Below, in pieces: positions 49,684 through 59,485 of a stretch of DNA of 64,000 nucleotides. A model generated the notes under the pieces. The model searched no databases and was not told the DNA's origin. It saw only the letters and a list, made by a program, of their open reading frames with translations. The stretch comes from a virus (taxonomy: Duplodnaviria; Caudoviricetes). Both the position numbers and the translations under genes were made by a program. The first letter of the stretch is position 1. Every line of letters begins with the position of its first letter. The stretch covers positions 96,001 to 160,000 of the IMG/VR virus record IMGVR_UViG_3300021426_000064; one strand, given 5' to 3'.

Positions 49684-50431
49684 CGATATAGTAAAAGAAC
49701 AATCCGTTTATGTGCCGCAAGAACAACTTATCTTGGGGAATGTACTTGGAAGCACTCACTATGGGCTTGCGGATGAATGGTCTGATCGAGACGTATGCTA
49801 TCTGTTAATGCCGTCTAAGCGGGATTTGATCCGCGGGCGAAAACCTCAGCGCCTACTATTTAAAGAGCAGTGTGATATCAGTATGTTTGATATTCGCAGC
49901 CTGATGTTCTTTATTGCTGAAGGCGACATTAATAAACTCGGACTATTCTTTAACGATGACTATATGTATGTAGCTCCCCAGTTTAAGGATTTCGTCGACC
50001 AGCTTATCGCGCGGCGAGAAGATTTAATCAATACTATTTCGCCATCTATACATGCTTGGGCTTTGAATATGTTTGAGTATAAACTGGGGCAAATCCATTA
50101 CTACAAGGATGCTGAAGAAAAATACAAGCAGTTCGGTTACAACACGAAGAATGTGGCACAGGCTATTTATTATATCCGCATAGCCATGCAGTATTTTATC
50201 AACCGTAACTACAGCGTAGAAAATCCTATGCTAAAAGCCTATGATTGCTCCGGTTTTCGTGATGAAATCCTAGATATCAAACACGGCAAGTACTCGGAAG
50301 AGGAAGCTGTAGCTATAGCTGAAGCAGAATACGCGAAATTAATCGGTATTACCAACTTAGGAAGAAACCATAACGTAGGTTGGGTTAATCAACTGGTTTA
50401 CGGCGAAATAGAAAAAATGTTAGGAACGTGA
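49676..50431 (+). CDS. Pol-beta superfamily nucleotidyltransferase (RlaP/YcgL-like)
   Basis: GSTHYGL....SDRD motif, GYNTK and ILDIKHGKYS. Overlaps the rSAM stop. Confidence 0.8.
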   Translation: MGNDIVKEQSVYVPQEQLILGNVLGSTHYGLADEWSDRDVCYLLMPSKRDLIRGRKPQRLLFKEQCDISMFDIRSLMFFIAEGDINKLGLFFNDDYMYVAPQFKDFVDQLIARREDLINTISPSIHAWALNMFEYKLGQIHYYKDAEEKYKQFGYNTKNVAQAIYYIRIAMQYFINRNYSVENPMLKAYDCSGFRDEILDIKHGKYSEEEAVAIAEAEYAKLIGITNLGRNHNVGWVNQLVYGEIEKMLGT

Positions 50432-50437
50432 CGAATC

Positions 50438-50956
50438 ATGTTAACCCTACCTCAAATAATAAAAGACTTATTGTCTAAAGCTAAAACCATTAGTAATAAT
50501 ATCACAGAAACTTATGTTAAGAATTTAATCACTACGGAAATAGAGCGCTCTATCTCTTCTTCTACTGATGGGCCATTATATTTAGCTATTAAAAACGCGG
50601 CTTTTACCAACCTTCCTCCCAAGATTGGTTATGGCAAAGAAAAGACGCTTACAATCACCCCCATCGGGGGACAATTAAAAGTAAATATCCCCTCGCAGGC
50701 AATATACTTAGGTGGATTCGGCAGCATTATCCCCGCACAAACGATAAGCCTGCCAGCTAATCAGGATAATTACATTTATGTGGTCCGCGACGCCGCCGAC
50801 TATACAAAAGTAAACTTTGAGATTTACGACCACTTACTTGGCGGAAAAGATAAAGATATCCACTTTACCCGTATTCTTTGCGCCCGTTTTAAGACGAATG
50901 GTTCTAAGGTTATTGAACAGGAGGCGTTCGAGACAGCGAACTATTCCTGTTTTTAA
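50438..50956 (+). CDS. Appendage protein, minimal member of the NLPPKIGY family
   Basis: Shares N- and C-terminal modules with 50978 and 53527. Confidence 0.7.
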   Translation: MLTLPQIIKDLLSKAKTISNNITETYVKNLITTEIERSISSSTDGPLYLAIKNAAFTNLPPKIGYGKEKTLTITPIGGQLKVNIPSQAIYLGGFGSIIPAQTISLPANQDNYIYVVRDAADYTKVNFEIYDHLLGGKDKDIHFTRILCARFKTNGSKVIEQEAFETANYSCF

Positions 50957-50977
50957 CAATATGCATGGAGAGATTTT

Positions 50978-53530
50978 ATGTTAACGCTACCATTAATCTT
51001 AAAAGATTTAAAGAATTCTATAGGAATAGCGTACACTACGGTTACAAACGCCACCTTCCTAAATCGCATTAAAAATCGCATTAAGGAATCCGTCAACACG
51101 AATTCCTCATCTGGTGAAATATACAACGCTGTTAAGGATGCAGCGTTTACCAATTTGCCGCCCAAAATCGGCTATCTCGACGAAAAGACTGTCCCGATGT
51201 ACGCTGCTTACAATATGAGCAACATGGCCGTGACCGACTTACCTTGCTGGATTACTTCGGACTTGGAAGGGCGAGAGATTACCTATTTTAGAGCGTCTCA
51301 GGACGGAGCGCATGGCCTTCAGATATATCGCGCCTTTAGAAGTAACTTATCTGACACGAACGGCTATACTGTAGAAAATCAGCCACTAGCAATAACGATT
51401 GATGGCGTAGATACAAAGTTTAATCGTGTATATGGTATCTCTAACGATTATATTGTCTTACAGGCAGAAAATGGAAAACGTTACCACTTTGCTACCTACT
51501 ATTCTTCCAATACGGACAACTGGAAGTTAATGCGAGAAGTTACTCGTTTTAATAGCTACGGCGATGTAATGGATATCCTTTGGTTCGATTCAGTAAAAAG
51601 ATACCTTGTTGTATGCCAAACCGGACAGGGAATGGTATATCTCGTTGCAGATGAAAATCTGAACGAAATGTATCGCGATATGGTTTTTGACTTTACGCAG
51701 TTTCACCATAGTGGCAAACCAACCTGGACGTATCATTATAGCACGTATGGCAATACAGCTTCCGCAGCATACATACCAGACCAGAACCGGCTGGCAACCG
51801 TATTCCGAATGGATGCGAATGTCAGAGAAAACGGCTTTGTCATTTACAACTCGGATATGGCGCATCATCCATTGTATTGTAATACCATCAGTAATTTTAC
51901 CCCAGACAAACTACTGACAAATCATTACTTCGCTACGGCGCAATGGGATACCCCATTAGCCACTTATTACGATGCGGCAAAGTGGGATTGGTGGGGCGAT
52001 AATACGGTTAAGATGGCTACGGGATTAACCAGCCGTGGCACAGAATACTGCCAATATGACTCGCTGAATAAAATGTTTTATTACACGCATGGTGTTCGCG
52101 ACTGGGCCGGCGTATATATCAAGCGTATCGCCGTTGAAAACCTAAGTTCAAGGGCTGGCACTCGTTTTTTGGATGACAACGCCGGACAAGGATGGAACTG
52201 GCAAACACCAGACACTTCTCCGTGGGCCAAGCAAACATATGCCCCTTCCGTGATGTATGACTCTATCGTTTTACGCGCGCAGTCTAACAAGTACGGCGGT
52301 GCGTGGAATAATATTATTATTGCGCCGGAGACGACATCCAATGCAAATATACTGGCTGTTACGGCAGGCTCGTGGGCTGTAGGCGGTGGCGATATAACAA
52401 ATATTGACTGGGCTGCAGGGTATGGGCGTTATTCCTGCACGAAGGAAAACTTCAATGCTAAAGATGGCGTGTCATGGTATCAAATTCTGGAAGAGAATGG
52501 GTACTACAATGTTTACCGTCTAGATTATAAAGCTCGTAAGGATCAGGTTGGCAATACTTACAACGACAATGTGTATCGCCCCGCAAACCCTATAGCTAAA
52601 TTTAAAAAGACTCTTAACTTTGTTGGAGGCATAACGTCATTTGGCTCTTGGGCTTTTAGAAGCGCATCTTTTGGCGGCGGTAATAAGCTCATCATCTTCG
52701 GGCGCATTTCAAGCAATTATAAATGTGTGAAGAATAGTGAAGGCAAGTACGTTCCGCAAGACGAGAACGCTATGCCGGCCTATTATTTTATCTCGGAAGA
52801 TGGAAGCTATTACAAGGTAGATTTACCGCAAAACATGCGCGACTGGTATTTATCTGAAGCAAGTGACCGATGGCCATATATCCGAAATCCAGATTGGGTT
52901 AACCGTACGCCCTTCCTGGATAGTGACGGTCTGACGCTCTATTATAATAGTCATGAATTCTATCATGGCAATGGCGATTACTGCTTCGCTGGTTGGAGAG
53001 TAATTTTTTCTTCCGACCTTAAGACTGCTACAAAAGTTGATTCTGTAGCTGCAGGTGATGGCACATGGTGTGGCATCGAAGTTCTTGGTTGGAATAAGCG
53101 CTTCGGTTATTATCGTACTCGCACCAGAAACCGTACAGGCTCTTTAATCGATACCAGCGCTACAAGCCCGATTAATGTCATTAACCTTGGCGGTGACGTA
53201 AAAACATATACCATCAATAATAGTGGCTCGGTAGGTCTAATCGCTTATATTCAGGCAACGCCTATTTATCTCGGCGGTTATTACAGCGTACTGCCTGCTA
53301 CGGAAGTATATCTAAAAGCCAATAGTGACAATTACATTTACCTATCCAGAGATAAATTGGACTACCAGAAAATAAACGTAGAGAATTACGACCATTTGCT
53401 GGGGGCACAGAATAACGATATGGGCATTAACTTCTCCCGTATCCTTATCTCGAAAATAACTACGGATAATAAAGGCGCTACGAGCCAGGAGTATTTTAAT
53501 ATCGATTATTACGGAGCAAGCAAGTCATGA
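50978..53530 (+). CDS. Large appendage/receptor-binding protein (NLPPKIGY family, inserted beta-rich domain)
   Basis: 850 aa. Shared termini flank about 670 aa of W/Y-rich sequence. Confidence 0.7.
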   Translation: MLTLPLILKDLKNSIGIAYTTVTNATFLNRIKNRIKESVNTNSSSGEIYNAVKDAAFTNLPPKIGYLDEKTVPMYAAYNMSNMAVTDLPCWITSDLEGREITYFRASQDGAHGLQIYRAFRSNLSDTNGYTVENQPLAITIDGVDTKFNRVYGISNDYIVLQAENGKRYHFATYYSSNTDNWKLMREVTRFNSYGDVMDILWFDSVKRYLVVCQTGQGMVYLVADENLNEMYRDMVFDFTQFHHSGKPTWTYHYSTYGNTASAAYIPDQNRLATVFRMDANVRENGFVIYNSDMAHHPLYCNTISNFTPDKLLTNHYFATAQWDTPLATYYDAAKWDWWGDNTVKMATGLTSRGTEYCQYDSLNKMFYYTHGVRDWAGVYIKRIAVENLSSRAGTRFLDDNAGQGWNWQTPDTSPWAKQTYAPSVMYDSIVLRAQSNKYGGAWNNIIIAPETTSNANILAVTAGSWAVGGGDITNIDWAAGYGRYSCTKENFNAKDGVSWYQILEENGYYNVYRLDYKARKDQVGNTYNDNVYRPANPIAKFKKTLNFVGGITSFGSWAFRSASFGGGNKLIIFGRISSNYKCVKNSEGKYVPQDENAMPAYYFISEDGSYYKVDLPQNMRDWYLSEASDRWPYIRNPDWVNRTPFLDSDGLTLYYNSHEFYHGNGDYCFAGWRVIFSSDLKTATKVDSVAAGDGTWCGIEVLGWNKRFGYYRTRTRNRTGSLIDTSATSPINVINLGGDVKTYTINNSGSVGLIAYIQATPIYLGGYYSVLPATEVYLKANSDNYIYLSRDKLDYQKINVENYDHLLGAQNNDMGINFSRILISKITTDNKGATSQEYFNIDYYGASKS

Positions 53531-55926
53531 TGTCATTAGCGCAAACAATAAAGCATTTAAAAAATACGATAACGAATTACACTAACTTTATCAATAGCAA
53601 GTCTATCGAGAACTTCGCTACCACTAAGATAGTCAATTATATTAACGGAACTGAAGGCGGCGCAAAATCTATCCGCAATATGATTAAAAATAGAACGTTT
53701 AAAAATTTGCCGCCTAAAATTGGTTACTTCAATGAAACCACTGTACCGTTAATTGCTAACTTCAATATGTCGATTAATGCGGATGCTCCGTGGGTAATTT
53801 CGGACGACCAGGGACGAGAGCTAATGTATTTCCCTGCGAAGGGGAGTCCTACGGACTCGGTTAAGGTATTCAGAGCATATCGTATGAGCACAGGTTCAGG
53901 CTTCATCTATGAAAACGAACCGATAATTCCAGGATATCTTGAGAACGACGGCAAATATCTAACCAACATACGTGGACTAGGCAATCAATACATGGTTGCT
54001 ATCACAACGGGCGGAAGGGTTCATATTATTAATACTTTTGGTGAACCGGATACATGGACGTTAGAAGCAGATATTACCGATTTATACAACTCTGTTCCAG
54101 ATATTCGCCTGAGTGTTATCTACTTTAAGGAATATGGTACGATTTACATTCCCGGCACCGTAGGAGACGGCCATAACATTGGAGGCCGATTATACAGAGT
54201 GTCTACTGGCGAGCTAATAAAGACAGATAAAATCTTTGATTTTGTACAAGTAATTGAAGAGCAAAACTCAAACATAAAAACGATGTATGCTGAAATAGGA
54301 GACGCTGCCGCGGTTTATAACGAAGCAACGAGCGAAATAGCTTGGCTTGGACGTAGCTATATTCAATGGTACAACTCGGATAACTCGGTAAGTGCAAATT
54401 ATCATTCCATGTTAGTGCTGTGCGACTGCCCCAAAGAGCATTTTATGGATGGACGTGGAACGTTAGTCAACAAGATACCAAACAGCGAATATAAAATACA
54501 AGCGCACAAAAGAGGGTTATGCCCGCGAGGAGATAGCGGAATGAGGCACGCTACATACGACTCAATGGAAAAGGTAATTCGAACCGTTTATCGATATCAG
54601 AGTTCAGATTCAATTGATTTGTTTACCAGAAGCGCTACATCTTCAGTAAGTCATGCCTGTGATTACTTCTTAGGTGGACTTGTCACATCTGGTATTCAAA
54701 GCTCTGATGCTGCGCCATGGGCTAAACGAATGATGCAGCCAGTGGTCTATAATGATGACACATATTTGTATGGCATAAGTAAGAAATATGGCGGACAGCG
54801 TATCCATGTGGATTTTGTGACAGACGGCAACGGATTGTGCAATATAACAGCGGGAACGTGGTGGCTGTCCGGGTCGTACGGGGATTGCGGAGATTTGTCC
54901 CTACCTCTGATCTCCTGTATTAAGACAGGAAACTCGTCTAAGTTTTATTACACCGACGGCAGTAATATTGCGAGAGAGATTCGCACAGAAAGCTTTACAT
55001 CGGATGATTATGCGCGAAATGGTAGAAGATACTTGGTTGACACAGATATTAAAGCGCCGGGGATACCGTCTGGTTATTTCATTAAATCGAGGATGTATAA
55101 TCCTAAGTGGAATAAATGGTTCTTTATATCCGAAAAGAGCGGGACGGCTTTGGCTGGTGATACTTTTCTATTAGAATATGATATCACAACTGGAGCATGG
55201 ACGGAGCATTGGGATGAACGACCACAGTCGTGGCTGGATGCTGCACAAGCCTCTTTGAGTAGTCTGGGAAATTATTCGGGATGTGGCGTATCATCAAACG
55301 CGTTTATCGATGACGACGGTACTATGTATTTTAGGGTATGCTTCAATTTTATCGGCGGCTCTGGCAATGAGCATCTGATTAAGTTAACTCGCAACGGGAA
55401 TAACTATACGATGACTCCCGTGGGTGGCGCGGTAATGTCCGGCACTTACGCTTCCAACCATCATATGTTTGGCTGGAATAACAAGTATCATTACTTCTTT
55501 GCGTGGGGGTCAGTAGTAGGAACTACGGAATCTCGAATTTATTCTACTAGGCATTGGGGAGATTCGCCAGACAAGCCTAACGGCGCAAAGTCATTATTTG
55601 AAGACGGTGATTACTATACTTGGCGTTTTGTATGTGCCAGCGCTACTGGTATGGTTTGTTACCTACAGGATACACCGGTATTTTTAGGCGGTTACTTCTC
55701 AACGGTTCCCGCTAAGGAAATCCCCCTTAAACCGAATTCTGCTAACTATATTTATTTCCATAGAAATAGTGATGATTACAAGGTAGTAGACGTAGAGGTA
55801 ACACAGTCGCCGCGAAATGATGTGGACGGTTTTAACCGTATCTACCTTACCAAGGTGGTAACAAACGCCGATGGTCCTGTATCGCAGGAATATAATCAGA
55901 TAGATAATTATCATAAGAAAAGATAA
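53527..55926 (+). CDS. Large appendage/receptor-binding protein (paralog of 50978)
   Basis: 799 aa. Shares NLPPKIGY, GRE..YF.A, PWAK, KYGG, GWN and P..LGGY...NYIY motifs. Confidence 0.7.
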   Translation: MMSLAQTIKHLKNTITNYTNFINSKSIENFATTKIVNYINGTEGGAKSIRNMIKNRTFKNLPPKIGYFNETTVPLIANFNMSINADAPWVISDDQGRELMYFPAKGSPTDSVKVFRAYRMSTGSGFIYENEPIIPGYLENDGKYLTNIRGLGNQYMVAITTGGRVHIINTFGEPDTWTLEADITDLYNSVPDIRLSVIYFKEYGTIYIPGTVGDGHNIGGRLYRVSTGELIKTDKIFDFVQVIEEQNSNIKTMYAEIGDAAAVYNEATSEIAWLGRSYIQWYNSDNSVSANYHSMLVLCDCPKEHFMDGRGTLVNKIPNSEYKIQAHKRGLCPRGDSGMRHATYDSMEKVIRTVYRYQSSDSIDLFTRSATSSVSHACDYFLGGLVTSGIQSSDAAPWAKRMMQPVVYNDDTYLYGISKKYGGQRIHVDFVTDGNGLCNITAGTWWLSGSYGDCGDLSLPLISCIKTGNSSKFYYTDGSNIAREIRTESFTSDDYARNGRRYLVDTDIKAPGIPSGYFIKSRMYNPKWNKWFFISEKSGTALAGDTFLLEYDITTGAWTEHWDERPQSWLDAAQASLSSLGNYSGCGVSSNAFIDDDGTMYFRVCFNFIGGSGNEHLIKLTRNGNNYTMTPVGGAVMSGTYASNHHMFGWNNKYHYFFAWGSVVGTTESRIYSTRHWGDSPDKPNGAKSLFEDGDYYTWRFVCASATGMVCYLQDTPVFLGGYFSTVPAKEIPLKPNSANYIYFHRNSDDYKVVDVEVTQSPRNDVDGFNRIYLTKVVTNADGPVSQEYNQIDNYHKKR

Positions 55927-55944
55927 AGGATAAAGTGAGTATGT

Positions 55945-56538
55945 ATGGATACCAAAAACTATAAGATTGATGTCAAAACATCGAGAACTGTAGAAGCTTT
56001 GTTTTTGGAATTAAATGTCTACAAAGAAAGACGAAAATTGACTTCTATCACTAAGAAAATAGAGTCTGACTTTGAGGCTGTCTTATTAACGAATGAAAAA
56101 CATCAGTTAAATCGTGGAGTATTATGGGCTACGCCGAAAGAAGCAATGCAGGTGGCCCCGAAAATAATTGAACAGCGGTTGGTTCTTGCGGAGGATTTAA
56201 CAGACCTTTCCATGACATTTTCAAACCTTAGCTCTTTAGAATATGTAGATCTATCAGACTGGGATACTTCAAGAGTTACAAATTTTGATTCGATGTTTAA
56301 CCACTGTGATAACCTGAAGAGAATTGACGGTGTAATTGATTTATCTAGTATTGACAAAGTGTTTATTCCATACAAAAGCAACCCTTTAGGCAATATGTTT
56401 TATAGTTGTAAGGCATTAGAGAGCAAGGTTGTTATAAAAAATCCGCCATCAGATTACCTTGATATAGAAGACGGAAGAATCAAATGGGAAAAATATACCC
56501 AATTATCGTTAGACAAATTTGAATTCATTTTTGAATAA
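55945..56538 (+). CDS. BspA/DUF285-type LRR protein with shared N-terminal 'plug' module
   Basis: DLSDWDTSRVTNFDSMF..C repeat. N-terminus aligns with 56548 and 58427. Confidence 0.75.
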   Translation: MDTKNYKIDVKTSRTVEALFLELNVYKERRKLTSITKKIESDFEAVLLTNEKHQLNRGVLWATPKEAMQVAPKIIEQRLVLAEDLTDLSMTFSNLSSLEYVDLSDWDTSRVTNFDSMFNHCDNLKRIDGVIDLSSIDKVFIPYKSNPLGNMFYSCKALESKVVIKNPPSDYLDIEDGRIKWEKYTQLSLDKFEFIFE

Positions 56539-56547
56539 GGAGAAAGT

Positions 56548-57216
56548 ATGAATACTAAAACTTATAACGTCAATTTAAAAGCTAAGAAAACTGAACTCGG
56601 TGGAGAACTATCCATTAACGTCGTAAAGTCAAGCGACGTTATCAGCAGGCGCAAGTCGTATGATGCCAATATGGCATTAATCATACTTCAGCAACATCAC
56701 TGGATGGACATGATTTACCCCGATGATTACGACACTATGACTAAATTGCGCGACGAATTTATGCTTGATCCATCCATGGATGATCTAGGCACCATGTTCA
56801 GTGGCTGTGTCAGCCTAGAAGAAATTGACACCCATTTGTTTAACACTTCCAATATTAAACGCATGGATGGCATGTTTCAAAACTGCGCCTCTGTAAAAAG
56901 ATTAGATCTGCGTCATTTTGACGTAAGCAAGGTAGAAGATATGACCAGTATGTTTGAAGGATGTTCTGAATTAGAGAGTCTAGATTTTTCAGGCTGGGAC
57001 ACTTCCAAAGTTCAAAACTTTAACCGGCTATTTTTTGATTGCCCCAATCTAAAGGAAATAAAGGGGGTGTTGGATTTATCATCTGCCATATCCAACGCTT
57101 ATTGCTTTGCCGACAATAAGAATAACGTCTTGAAGTTAAAGATAAAGAATGTGCCCAGTGGTTTTAATATCAAAAGGACTGGGCTTAATGAGAACCAACT
57201 GGAAATAGTTTCCTGA
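56548..57216 (+). CDS. BspA/DUF285-type LRR protein with shared N-terminal 'plug' module
   Basis: Three FNTSN/FDVSK/WDTSK...M..MF..C repeats. Confidence 0.8.
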   Translation: MNTKTYNVNLKAKKTELGGELSINVVKSSDVISRRKSYDANMALIILQQHHWMDMIYPDDYDTMTKLRDEFMLDPSMDDLGTMFSGCVSLEEIDTHLFNTSNIKRMDGMFQNCASVKRLDLRHFDVSKVEDMTSMFEGCSELESLDFSGWDTSKVQNFNRLFFDCPNLKEIKGVLDLSSAISNAYCFADNKNNVLKLKIKNVPSGFNIKRTGLNENQLEIVS

Positions 57217-57254
57217 GTTCTACATTCCGATGTAGCTGAACTTTGTATCCACAG

Positions 57255-57347
57255 GTAATATGTCCCATGTAAGGTGGTGCGAGGCGGCAATGTTCTTGCC
57301 GCCAGCGTTAATCCTTACGCGTAAACATCTATACTATATAAGGAGAA
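57255..57347 (+). promoter_or_regulatory. GTAATA promoter motif plus structured 5' leader
   Basis: GTAATA at 57255, nested stem 57269-57318. Paralogous to 60123-60226. Confidence 0.65.
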
Positions 57348-58337
57348 ATGTACATGTCTCTTACAAACCTCTCTCAGATTAAAGGTCTGAAAAATCTTCG
57401 CAGCGATGTAGACTTGCTCTTAAAGTCCTATGATGCTGCAAAAGTAGTTACCCAAATCGCTAAAGCTGAAGGCGAAGGCAACTACAATGTCGAGGAACTG
57501 CTCGAAGCATTGAAGTCCAAACTGGATGCCATCGCTGGCACCGAAGGCGAAGGCCAGTCTCTCGACGCCTTAAAAAAGGCCATTGATGGCCTGAAGAATA
57601 AGGCTATTAAGGCTTACACGGGCAATGCTGAAGAACCCGTAAAAGAATACAAGCTGGCTGAACTGCCTGAAGACGCACTCTTAAAAGGTGAAGAGCTGGA
57701 TATTACGGCTTACCAGAATGCCTTGGACGCGCTGGTAGCTAAACTGGCCGCCAATAAGGAACTTATTAACGCTGTTAAAGAGCTTATCGGCGATAAGAGC
57801 GTACAGACAAGCATCGAAGAAGCAGTAGCTGAAGTTAATGCAGCGCTGGCTCTTAAAGGTGACAAGGCCGTAGTTGAAAAGGCCGATGCTGACCTGAAGA
57901 TTCTGGATACCAAGATTGAAGAGCTGGAAAACAGCACAGTAGTTGAAGTACAGGACGTTATCGAGCTGGGCGAAGTTCAGGTTGATCTGCCACTTTCCGA
58001 TTCTCCCAAAGCTCAGGAAGTGCGCCTCTACGTTAATGGTGCCGTTTATTACGAGAACGATGACTTCACCGTTGACCGCAAGGCTAAGAAGTTGACCTGG
58101 ACCTCCGCTGATTTTGCTTTGACGAGTGCTATCGCCGCCAAAGTTACGGCTAAGTATTACGTCGATGCGGGCCTGGGCTTTGATCCGTCCCTCATCCAGA
58201 TTGACGATTCAAAGATTACTCTAACTCGTGAAGAGCCTGAGAAGTCCTTTAACGTAACCATCCCGGCTGACTGTACGCTGGAAGTAGTTCCGAGCGATCC
58301 TGAAGCTGTTGAAGTAACGGTAACGGAAGTTCAGTAA
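57348..58337 (+). CDS. Virion appendage carrier protein ending in half an Ig-like domain
   Basis: Paralog of 60227 (MSLTNL.QIKG, NYNVEELL, DDFTVDR...TW). Strong SD, probable start ATG 57354. Confidence 0.75.
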   Translation: MYMSLTNLSQIKGLKNLRSDVDLLLKSYDAAKVVTQIAKAEGEGNYNVEELLEALKSKLDAIAGTEGEGQSLDALKKAIDGLKNKAIKAYTGNAEEPVKEYKLAELPEDALLKGEELDITAYQNALDALVAKLAANKELINAVKELIGDKSVQTSIEEAVAEVNAALALKGDKAVVEKADADLKILDTKIEELENSTVVEVQDVIELGEVQVDLPLSDSPKAQEVRLYVNGAVYYENDDFTVDRKAKKLTWTSADFALTSAIAAKVTAKYYVDAGLGFDPSLIQIDDSKITLTREEPEKSFNVTIPADCTLEVVPSDPEAVEVTVTEVQ

Positions 58338-58426
58338 TTTCACCTCAAATGAATTAAATAATAATATCATATAGCGGAGTTAAAATAATAATCGCTTATG
58401 ACTTATAAATAAAAGGATGATTTTAA

Positions 58427-59470
58427 ATGAGTAGAAAACTTAAGGATTATAATGTGTTAGTAAAAGCGCTGGGCAATTTCCCATTGGTTAGCTTAGATGT
58501 TAATGTTCTTAGAAAAGGTGAGAACGTCTTTAAGTTAACTAAATGGATTGAGAGTAAAGGTTTTTTTCCGAAAAAAGGAAAAGCTCTTAACGATTACACC
58601 TGGGACGAAATATCTCAGATTGCTCAGGCTGGCGTAGGGGAAGATTATTTTGATGTCGGAGACTGCAAGGAAATCACTCTCAATGGCAAAATCGGCGATT
58701 ACCTGACACTTTCCAATCAGAAGCTTTGTGTGTTTATCTTGGATTTCAACCATCCTGAAAATGGGGTGGCGGAGAATAATATTATCTTTGGCGGATTTAA
58801 GACGGCGTTATCTGGCGGTAAAGATGTTGCGCTATGTGACTCTAAATATAATACTGCATCCATGGACGGCAGTATATGTTTCAATATGAGCCACAAGACA
58901 ACTGCCACATCAGGCAACGATCAGTATGGATATAATCATGGCGGCTGGAAAGGCTCTGACCTTCGTTATGATATCCTCGGCGCCACCAGCACGGCTCCAA
59001 GCCAGTACAACAAAGACAAAACCACTTCCAATGTTGGCTACGATGCTACGGCTGCTACGTTGACTTCTCCAAAGGCGAATACTTTCTTGGCAGCCCTGCC
59101 CTCAGACCTGAGAAGTGTTTTACGCCTTCGTACACATTATGTAGATAACAAAGGTAATGAATCTAATGTGGATGCTAACGTAACTGCCGTGACAGACGCT
59201 GTATCGCTCTTAGCTGAGCCCGAGATTTTCAGTTCGAGTTCCTATGCAAATCAGTACGAGAAAAATCACCAAACGCGGATGAAGTATTATGCCAACGGCA
59301 ATTCAACAGTGAAATACAATCACAGTAACACTGGCTCCGCTGTCCGTTGGTGGGAGTGTTCTCCTTACTACAACTACTCGACCTGCTTCTGTTTTGTGGA
59401 CTCCAGCGGCTACGCCGACTACAGCTACGCTCGTCGCTCTTGTGCGTTGGCCCCCGCTCTCAAAGTTTAG
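58427..59470 (+). CDS. DGR-target-type receptor-binding protein (C-type-lectin-like C-terminus)
   Basis: LNDYTWDEI, VGD.K, GGWKGSDLR, LL.E.EIF, YYANGN, and terminal WW..SP....FC.V...G.A....A.....AP motif. Confidence 0.85.
   Translation: MSRKLKDYNVLVKALGNFPLVSLDVNVLRKGENVFKLTKWIESKGFFPKKGKALNDYTWDEISQIAQAGVGEDYFDVGDCKEITLNGKIGDYLTLSNQKLCVFILDFNHPENGVAENNIIFGGFKTALSGGKDVALCDSKYNTASMDGSICFNMSHKTTATSGNDQYGYNHGGWKGSDLRYDILGATSTAPSQYNKDKTTSNVGYDATAATLTSPKANTFLAALPSDLRSVLRLRTHYVDNKGNESNVDANVTAVTDAVSLLAEPEIFSSSSYANQYEKNHQTRMKYYANGNSTVKYNHSNTGSAVRWWECSPYYNYSTCFCFVDSSGYADYSYARRSCALAPALKV
59331..59470 (+). other. Putative DGR variable region (VR)
   Basis: 18 of 26 consecutive codons end in C and none in A, as expected for mutagenised AAC/AAT codons. 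Located at the 3' end of the gene. Confidence 0.7.
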
Positions 59471-59485
59471 TCTTTAGTCCATAAA

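Noticed and set aside
58338-58426. Intron or ribosomal bypass joining 57348 and 58427
   Set aside because: The gap is short and AT-rich without group I/II features. 58427 has its own SD and ATG, and two other genes start independently with the same module.
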